This document shows positions 57,655 through 64,000 of a DNA stretch of 64,000 nucleotides, one piece after another. The position numbers and the translations under genes are program-made. The stretch spans positions 9,381 through 73,380 of the forward strand of contig LCKO01000001.1 in the NCBI GenBank assembly GCA_001001485.1. The letters run 5' to 3'. The notes beneath the pieces were generated by a model. That model made no database searches and was not told where the DNA came from. It saw nothing but the letters and a program-made list of their open reading frames with translations. How positions within the stretch are numbered: the first letter of the stretch is position 1; each line of letters starts with the position of its first letter. The stretch comes from Candidatus Collierbacteria bacterium GW2011_GWB2_45_17 (GTDB lineage Bacteria > Patescibacteriota > Microgenomatia > UBA1400 > MFAQ01).

Positions 57655-58557
57655 ATGTTAGAACCAAACTTCAAAATCACCCTTAAGGACAAAGAGATAA
57701 ACTCTGCCGAGGTCATTATCGAACCGCTTCCCCAAAACTTTGGTCACACCATGGGCAATGCTCTTCGTCGTGTTTTATTAACCTCTCTTGAAGGCGGTGC
57801 CGCCGTGAGAGTCAAAATTGACGGCGTTTCTCACCAGTTTTCTACCCTCACAGGTCTCAAAGAAGATATCCTCGAGTTTGTTCTCAATCTTAAGACTTTA
57901 AACTTTTTTGTCGATTCCGACGAACCGGTCGACATCAAGCTCAAAGCCACCGGAATCAAAGTCGTTAAAGCCTCCGATCTTGATTTGCCCTCAAACGTCA
58001 CCATTGCTAACTCCGGTACCGTTCTGGCGAACCTTACCTCTCCAAAATCAAAACTGTCTGCCGTGATTACCGTTTCTAGAGGCATGGGCTATGTCGGTTC
58101 CGAGGACAACGCCACCAACGAAATAGGTGTAATCCCCTTGGATGCCTCTTTTTCTCCGGTTATCAAAGCCAACTACACCGTCGAAGCCGCCCGTGTCGGG
58201 CGTTCCAGTAACTACGATAAAGTTCGCTTGAGTCTCACGACCGATGGTACCATTACCCCTGAAGAAGCAGTCAGAAGCGCCGCTCGAATCCTCACCGGTT
58301 TCTATGACTACGTTAACTCAGCCGAGGCTTATGTGATCGAGAAGAAGTCTTCTCACGAAGCCACTACCGCCGGCTTCGTCGACGACCTCGACCTTCCCAC
58401 TCGTGTTTTAAACGCCCTAAAAAAGGCTGGCTTTAACAAACTAGCCGATCTCAAAACTCTCACTCTCGCCGACTTAAGGAAAGTTAAAAATCTAGGCGAA
58501 AAATCAGCCATACAAGTGGTTGAAAAAGCCGGGGAAAAAGGTATCGACATTATCTAA
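57655..58557 (+). CDS. rpoA: RNA polymerase alpha subunit
   Basis: EPLPQNFGHTMGNALRRVLL, DASFSPV, NLGEKS; ATG at 57655. Confidence 0.96.
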   Translation: MLEPNFKITLKDKEINSAEVIIEPLPQNFGHTMGNALRRVLLTSLEGGAAVRVKIDGVSHQFSTLTGLKEDILEFVLNLKTLNFFVDSDEPVDIKLKATGIKVVKASDLDLPSNVTIANSGTVLANLTSPKSKLSAVITVSRGMGYVGSEDNATNEIGVIPLDASFSPVIKANYTVEAARVGRSSNYDKVRLSLTTDGTITPEEAVRSAARILTGFYDYVNSAEAYVIEKKSSHEATTAGFVDDLDLPTRVLNALKKAGFNKLADLKTLTLADLRKVKNLGEKSAIQVVEKAGEKGIDII

Positions 58558-58563
58558 CACAAC

Positions 58564-58977
58564 ATGGGACGCCGACATCACTCAAAACTAGCCAAACTCA
58601 ACCGCAGTACCAAGGAGAGAAAGTCTCTCTTCAAGATACAGCTCCGTCAGCTCATCGAACTTGGCAAAATCACTACTACTGTGGCAAAAGCCAAAGTGAT
58701 CAAACGTCTTTTTGACAAGTTGGCGGCCAAAGCCACCGACGGTACCCTGGCCGTGAGACGCAATATCGCGGCCCAGCTCAGTAGCCCCAAGACTGCCAAC
58801 AGACTGGTTGATTTCATTATTCCCATCATGGGTGGCCGACGTAGTGGCTTCACCAGTATCCAAAAGGTGGGTATCCGCAAAGGCGACTCCACTCTGACTG
58901 CCTCCTTAACTCTAGTGGTTCCTCTTCCCCCAGAGCCGGAAAAGATTAAGAAAGTCATTAAAGCAAAAACCAAATGA
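58564..58977 (+). CDS. rplQ: 50S ribosomal protein bL17
   Basis: ITTTVAKAK, RSGFTSI, RKGD; follows rpoA. Confidence 0.92.
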   Translation: MGRRHHSKLAKLNRSTKERKSLFKIQLRQLIELGKITTTVAKAKVIKRLFDKLAAKATDGTLAVRRNIAAQLSSPKTANRLVDFIIPIMGGRRSGFTSIQKVGIRKGDSTLTASLTLVVPLPPEPEKIKKVIKAKTK

Positions 58978-59423
58978 ACACTACTACCCTCAAATTCTCT
59001 GACGTGAAACACAATTGGCACTTAGTTGATATAGATGGTCAAATTCTCGGCCGGGTAGCCGTTCAAATTGCTAAACTTCTCACCGGCAAAGGTAAGGCTC
59101 TGACCGGCGATCATCTCGATAACGGTGATTTTGTCGTCGCCATTAATGCAGCCAAGTTCAAAGTCACCGGCAAAAAGATGGCCGATAAAATGTATTATTC
59201 TCACTCCGGCTTCCCAGGTGGTTTCAAAGAGATCACTCTGGCCCAGCTCGCTGAAAAGGACGCTCGAAGGGTCATCGAAAAGGCCGTTAAGGGAATGCTC
59301 CCGAAGAACAAACTCCAGCAAACTCGCCTCAGGCGCCTTAAACTTTATCTCGACGACAAACATCCCTATGCTGTCGAACTAGGACTCAAAACTAAGAACC
59401 AAGAACTAACAACTAAGAACTAA
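58974..59423 (+). CDS. rplM: 50S ribosomal protein uL13
   Basis: LGRVA, DNGDFV, HSGFPGG, AVKGMLPKN. Confidence 0.96.
   Translation: MNTTTLKFSDVKHNWHLVDIDGQILGRVAVQIAKLLTGKGKALTGDHLDNGDFVVAINAAKFKVTGKKMADKMYYSHSGFPGGFKEITLAQLAEKDARRVIEKAVKGMLPKNKLQQTRLRRLKLYLDDKHPYAVELGLKTKNQELTTKN
59389..59423 (+). repeat. Heptamer array (5 units) forming the rplM tail, before rpsI
   Basis: aaactaa gaaccaa gaactaa caactaa gaactaa tat ATG. Confidence 0.8.
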
Positions 59424-59426
59424 TAT

Positions 59427-59903
59427 ATGGCTCAAAAACTATCCAAAAAATCCAAAATCGCTATCAAACCGGTAAAAACAGTTCCCGTTAAAAAAGGTAC
59501 TCTCACCATGCCCAAAGAATTCTTTTCCGCCGTCGGTCGTCGCAAAACCGCCATCGCTCGTGTTCGTCTCTGGTCCGGTAAGCAAGAATTAACTGTCAAC
59601 GGCAAACCCATCTCCGAGTATTTCAAAGGAGAGTCTTTCAAAAGAATCTATCAATCACCATTCTTGGTGACCGACACTCTTAGTCAATTCACCGGTAGTA
59701 TCAAAGTAGTGGGCAGCGGGCTTATGGGTCAAGTAGGTGCTTTGGTACACGGTTTGTCCCGCACTCTGGTCAAGATTGACGAAGCCCACAAATTACCTCT
59801 CCGGGAAAAAGGTTTCATCACTCGAGATCCCCGTATGAAAGAGACTCGAAAAGCCGGTCAGGGTGGCCGAGCTCGCGCCAAGAAGCAATCCCCCAAACGT
59901 TAA
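59427..59903 (+). CDS. rpsI: 30S ribosomal protein uS9
   Basis: GRRKTAIARV, TRDPRMKE, QSPKR. Confidence 0.96.
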   Translation: MAQKLSKKSKIAIKPVKTVPVKKGTLTMPKEFFSAVGRRKTAIARVRLWSGKQELTVNGKPISEYFKGESFKRIYQSPFLVTDTLSQFTGSIKVVGSGLMGQVGALVHGLSRTLVKIDEAHKLPLREKGFITRDPRMKETRKAGQGGRARAKKQSPKR

Positions 59904-59911
59904 ATTATCCT

Positions 59912-60021
59912 GTAGGGGCTGGGTTCACCCTGCCCGTACGTGTGTCATTGCGAATCTCGTACTCGAGCTGTGGCAATCTCACCCCACTGTCATCCCGGAC
60001 TTGATCCGGGATCCATCCCCT
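59912..60021 (+). repeat. GTAG-REP plus two GTCAT-headed units after rpsI
   Basis: gtaggggctgggttcaccctgcccg at 59912; units at 59944 and 59989, the latter near-identical to 16855. Confidence 0.88.
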
Positions 60022-60057
60022 GTTACAATACCCCATAACCCATTTAGGAGGCGCACC

Positions 60058-60462
60058 TTGGACATCGTAATTGAAGTAAAAAATGTCGGCCAAAATTTTA
60101 AACCAGAACAGGTTTCTCTTAAGTATTTGTTGACTGACGTTCTCAAGTTCTTTGAGCAGGCAGTCTATCCGATAAAACTTGACGGTAAGGTACGCGCAAT
60201 CTTTATTCCCGCCAAGAAACTTGAGTTCAATCCAGAAACCGGAACAATGATTCCCGCCGAACGGGTTGAGGTCATTATCAAATATGAATACGTCAAGGGT
60301 GGTGCCCAGCCACCAATGATCAGTGATTTTCATGACAGTGCCATAGAGATTGTCAAAGACGTAATGTTATTTTTAGATCACACCAACAACAGTGACCTGT
60401 TTCTTCCAGCCATCCATATCGTCGTGAGTTTGTCCAGCCCTCAGTACTTTGTTCGAATATAA
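60058..60462 (+). CDS. Hypothetical protein
   Basis: TGTTACAAT, AGGAGG, TTG start at 60058; hairpin with T tract at 60463-60489. Confidence 0.6.
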   Translation: MDIVIEVKNVGQNFKPEQVSLKYLLTDVLKFFEQAVYPIKLDGKVRAIFIPAKKLEFNPETGTMIPAERVEVIIKYEYVKGGAQPPMISDFHDSAIEIVKDVMLFLDHTNNSDLFLPAIHIVVSLSSPQYFVRI

Positions 60463-60510
60463 CCACCACCCCTCGCAAGAGGGGCTTTTAGTATAAAATG
60501 GGTGTAAATT

Positions 60511-61329
60511 ATGACAAACGAATCGATAGTTATTTTTGAAAGTATAAAAAGGGTTAACGATGACAACAACGAGTTTTGGACGGCTCGAGCAATGGCTCGC
60601 GAGCTTGGTTATTCTGAATACCGTCATTTTTTACCAGTCATAGAAAAGGCGAAGCTTTCATGTAAAAATAGCGGTCAATCAATCAAAGATCATTTCGAGG
60701 ACTTCCTCGACATGATCGAACTTGGTAAAACAGCATCAAGAGAAATGTTAGACATTAAACTTTCCAGATATGCTTGTTATCTCATCATGCAAAATGCTGA
60801 TCCCTCAAAAGAGATCGTTGCCCTAGGGCAAACCTATTTTGCTATCCAAGCCAGAAAACAAGAGGTCCAAGAGCAGATTGTAGAAGACATAAAGAGAGTC
60901 GATCTCAGGGGAGAAATATCAATTCACAACAAACATCTCGCCGAAGCGGCCAGTATGGCCGGAGTGAGAAACTACGGATTGTTTACCAATTATGGCTATA
61001 GGGGTTTGTATGGTGGTAGGACGATGCAGGATATACAAAGGGTTAAAGGACTAAAGAAATCTCAGCAAATTCTTGACCATATGGGCAGTGAAGAACTAGC
61101 GGCAAATTTATTTAGAGCCACTCAAACAGATGCCAAAATCCGGCGTGAGAACATCCAAGGAGAAGCAAGGGCAAACGAAGCTCATCTTCAGGTAGGAAAA
61201 AAAGTCAGACAGACAATAAAAGATATTGGTGGTACCATGCCGGAAATCCTACCAGTCTCAGATGCAATAAATAAAGCCAAGACCAGAATAAAAAGAGGAG
61301 GAATCTCGTTGATAGAGGTAAAACCATGA
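60511..61329 (+). CDS. dinD: DNA-damage-inducible protein D family
   Basis: EFWTAR, LSRYACYLIMQNADP, GQTYFA, GYRGLYGG, ILDHMGSEELAANLFRATQ. Confidence 0.9.
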   Translation: MTNESIVIFESIKRVNDDNNEFWTARAMARELGYSEYRHFLPVIEKAKLSCKNSGQSIKDHFEDFLDMIELGKTASREMLDIKLSRYACYLIMQNADPSKEIVALGQTYFAIQARKQEVQEQIVEDIKRVDLRGEISIHNKHLAEAASMAGVRNYGLFTNYGYRGLYGGRTMQDIQRVKGLKKSQQILDHMGSEELAANLFRATQTDAKIRRENIQGEARANEAHLQVGKKVRQTIKDIGGTMPEILPVSDAINKAKTRIKRGGISLIEVKP

Positions 61330-62279
61330 AAATTTCCTGGCTCATTTTTTTATTCCTCATTATATTTTTGTCTCCCCTCCTCTTTAGTCAAAAAAATCCT
61401 TCTTCTGTCATCTCCGAAGGTGTTCTTGAGCAACCATCTGTCATCCGAGATCTAAAATCTGAGAACTCTGTTTTTACCCTCCTCTTCGGAGGAGATGTCA
61501 TGCTCGGCCGTTCGGTCAATACGAGAATTATCAAGTATGCCGATTTTTCCTGGCCTTTCCGAAAAATAACCTCTCTGTTTTCGGAGGCGGATTTAACTAT
61601 GGTCAATCTCGAATCTCCCTTTCAAACCGGATGCAAGCCGACTGATAAAGGTATGATTTTTTGCGCCGATCCCCGCTCGGTTGAGGGCTTAACCACTGCC
61701 GGCATTGATATCGTCAATCTGGCCAACAATCACATCAATAATCAGGGCCAGGAGGGGATCGACGAAACGATCAATATTTTAAATAAGAATAATATTGCTT
61801 ATGTAGGGGCGAGGCGTGACTCGTCCGTCGTTTTCAACATCAAAAATACCAAAATTGCCTTCCTGGGATTCACCGATATCGCTTCCGGTTCCAAAGATGT
61901 TTCTACTGCCTCACCGGACAGCATTAAGTCCCAAATTTCTGAGGCCAAAAAATCAGCCGACCTAGTCATTACCACTTTTCACTGGGGCAATGAGTATAGT
62001 CAGCGTTCTCTTCATCAGGTAGAGTTGGCTCACTTGGCGATCAATTCCGGCGCCGATGTGGTGATCGGACATCATCCTCATTGGGTGCAGGAAACCGAAG
62101 AATATAAAGGTAAACCCATCTACTACTCCTTAGGAAATTTAGTCTTCGATCAGATGTGGTCCGAAGAAACCCGAAAGGGCTTGGTTGTTAGCCTTATCTT
62201 CTCAGGTAATCAATTGGTAAATAAAGAAGAAATCCCCATAAAGATTTTTGATTACGGTCAGCCAAACTTGGTAAATTAA
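61326..62279 (+). CDS. CapA/PGA-synthesis family metallophosphatase
   Basis: GDVMLGR, NLESP, LANNH, HWGNEY, GHHPH, YSLGNLVFDQ. Confidence 0.92.
   Translation: MKISWLIFLFLIIFLSPLLFSQKNPSSVISEGVLEQPSVIRDLKSENSVFTLLFGGDVMLGRSVNTRIIKYADFSWPFRKITSLFSEADLTMVNLESPFQTGCKPTDKGMIFCADPRSVEGLTTAGIDIVNLANNHINNQGQEGIDETINILNKNNIAYVGARRDSSVVFNIKNTKIAFLGFTDIASGSKDVSTASPDSIKSQISEAKKSADLVITTFHWGNEYSQRSLHQVELAHLAINSGADVVIGHHPHWVQETEEYKGKPIYYSLGNLVFDQMWSEETRKGLVVSLIFSGNQLVNKEEIPIKIFDYGQPNLVN
61803..61827 (+). repeat. GTAG-type REP in-frame within the capA-family gene
   Basis: gtaggggcgaggcgtgactcgtccg encodes VGARRDSS. Confidence 0.55.
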
Positions 62280-62350
62280 ATTAAAATAAATCCAAACAAT
62301 ATAGATAGAACTAGACGTACGGATAAAAATTGATATATCAACCTATATTG

Positions 62351-62422
62351 TCGGGGCACCCGGAATTGAACCGAGATCATGTCGACCCCATCGACACATA
62401 CTAGCCGTTATACTATGCCCCG
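62351..62422 (-). tRNA. tRNA-Pro(GGG)
   Basis: Acceptor stem CGGGGCA/TGCCCCG, anticodon arm TGTCG-ATGGGGT-CGACA, T loop TTCAATT; CCA not encoded. Confidence 0.92.
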
Positions 62423-62479
62423 AAGAATATATTCTACCATGTACTTGACATTTCGGGTTATATTTGTATAAATTAATAT

Positions 62480-63343
62480 ATGTATGAGATCGAAGTAATC
62501 TGTGACCACTGTAAAAAAGAATTTGAGAGACCATTAGGGAGATTCAACGAAGCCGTGAAGTTTGGCTGGAAACAATTTTGTTCGGCAGAATGCCAATCAA
62601 AATCAAAGTCTAAAAAGATATCAAAAATCTGTGATAATCCAGTGTGCCATAAATCAATATTGGCTAAGAAAACAACCAGCTATACATACTGTTCGAGAAA
62701 TTGTAGCGCAACTCACAACAATTTATTGAGGTTAAAACCATTTGTTTTGGAAAAGTGTGCCAATAAAAACTGTAACAATTTTCTCAGAAATCACGAATGT
62801 AAGTATTGTTCTAGAGATTGTGTCAATAAGTCCAAAAAAGGTCTGTCTTCGTATTCAAAAGAAAAACTAATACAAATTATTCAAAAGTTTCAACTAGATA
62901 ATGGAAGAATTCCTACCAAAGCAGAACTAGGATATCTCAATAGACCTGCAAGAAACATTTTTGGTTCTTGGAACAAAGCTGTTAAAGCTGCCGGCTTCAT
63001 ACCCAACAAAGTCATTTTTTCTAAAAAGTTTACAGCCAACGATGGTCATATCTGTGATTCTTTGTCAGAAAAAATCGTCGACGATTGGTTATCCGCTAGA
63101 AGCATAAAGCATGAAGTTCACATTAGGTATCCCTGGAAAAACGGTATGTCCGCAGACTTCAAGATTGGTAAATATTGGGTAGAGTTATTTGGTCTTACAG
63201 GTCAACTTAAAAAGTACGATAGCTTAATGAGAACAAAGTTAGAATTAATCAAACAATATAATCTCAAGCTAATCAGTTTGTACTTATCAGACATTTTTCC
63301 CGTTAACCATCTTGATAAAAAATTATCCCTATTGCGAAAATAA
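62480..63343 (+). CDS. Cys-repeat protein with a homing-endonuclease-associated-like repeat and a C-terminal PD-(D/E)xK-like nuclease
   Basis: FCSAEC/YCSRNC/YCSRDC, GRIPT...FGSWNKAVKAAG, DSLSEKIVDDWL...ADFKIGKYWVELFG. Confidence 0.7.
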   Translation: MYEIEVICDHCKKEFERPLGRFNEAVKFGWKQFCSAECQSKSKSKKISKICDNPVCHKSILAKKTTSYTYCSRNCSATHNNLLRLKPFVLEKCANKNCNNFLRNHECKYCSRDCVNKSKKGLSSYSKEKLIQIIQKFQLDNGRIPTKAELGYLNRPARNIFGSWNKAVKAAGFIPNKVIFSKKFTANDGHICDSLSEKIVDDWLSARSIKHEVHIRYPWKNGMSADFKIGKYWVELFGLTGQLKKYDSLMRTKLELIKQYNLKLISLYLSDIFPVNHLDKKLSLLRK

Positions 63344-63367
63344 CCCCAATAGTTATAATGATTTTAA

Positions 63368-64000
63368 ATGCTAAAGAAAATCAAAAAAACCAAAGAGGAG
63401 AAAATCGTTGCTAAACCGGTAGATAACAGCGCTCGTCTCACCGCCGTCAAGATCGCCATGCAACAAATCACTAAACAGTTCGGTGAAGGAGCCATCATGC
63501 ACATGGGCTCGGATCGTGTCGGCGAAAAAATTCCGGTCATTTCTTCCGGTTCAATTGGTTTGGACATTGCTCTGGGGGTAGGTGGTTTTCCCAAGGGGAG
63601 AATTGTCGAAATCTACGGCCCGGAGGCTTCCGGTAAGACTACCGTTGCTCTCCACGCTATTGCCGAAGCTCAAAAAGCCGGTGGTATAGCCGCCTTTATA
63701 GACGCAGAGCACGCTGTTGATCCTTCCCGCGCCAAATCCATCGGAGTTGATCTGGACAGCTTACTTCTTTCTCAGCCGGACAACGGTGAACAGGCCTTAG
63801 AAATTGCCGAAACTCTCATCCGCTCCGGCGGTGTGGATGTTGTGGTTATCGATTCGGTCGCCGCCTTGGTTCCCAAGTCCGAGATCGAAGGTGAAATGGG
63901 GGACGCGTCTATGGGTATGCAAGCCAGGTTAATGAGCCAGGCTCTACGTAAGATTACCGGCGCCATCTCCAAGAGCAAGTGTATTGTCATCTTTACCAAT
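63368..64000 (+). CDS. recA: Recombinase A (partial; runs off the window end)
   Basis: [66 protein letters not shown]. Confidence 0.97.
   Translation, partial: MLKKIKKTKEEKIVAKPVDNSARLTAVKIAMQQITKQFGEGAIMHMGSDRVGEKIPVISSGSIGLDIALGVGGFPKGRIVEIYGPEASGKTTVALHAIAEAQKAGGIAAFIDAEHAVDPSRAKSIGVDLDSLLLSQPDNGEQALEIAETLIRSGGVDVVVIDSVAALVPKSEIEGEMGDASMGMQARLMSQALRKITGAISKSKCIVIFTN

Noticed and set aside
59863-60057. N-terminal 65 aa of ORF 59863-60462
   Set aside because: It overlaps rpsI and runs through three repeats; the -10 and SD point to a TTG start at 60058.
20468-63999. Numerous short antisense or alternate-frame ORFs over rpoBC, fusA, ribosomal genes and recA
   Set aside because: Shadow ORFs of strongly biased coding sequence, with no motifs or initiation signals.

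Overview
64 kb of a bacterial chromosome, most likely Patescibacteria/CPR (Microgenomates-like). This is inferred from the missing uL30/rpmD in the spc cluster, the short AlaRS, and core genes with A-rich or leaderless starts and no Shine-Dalgarno. Standard code 11. The backbone is Lon-like ATPase, rnj, ftsK, alaS, sortase, ruvX, mltG, rpoBC, the str/S10/spc/alpha ribosomal superoperon, rplM-rpsI, tRNA-Pro(GGG) and a partial recA. It is interrupted by small accessory islets: six type II toxin-antitoxin pairs, Bro-N/KilA-N/DinD proteins, two Cys-repeat endonucleases, a radical SAM + PLP enzyme pair, an orphan MttB, a TIR-like protein and an ART-like ORFan. No integrase or transposase is visible. 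The most striking non-coding structure is: (1) about 17 strand-polarised GTCAT-headed hairpin units, mostly 1-7 nt after stop codons and also in-frame inside uL18 and uL22; (2) NAACYAA heptamer arrays just before five ribosomal-protein starts; (3) displaced, synonymously diverged copies of the rnj 3' end bracketing cargo genes; (4) a reusable terminator/-10/GWACATT/GGAGG expression module in front of ORFans. All family calls come from motif recognition by eye, not from database searches.
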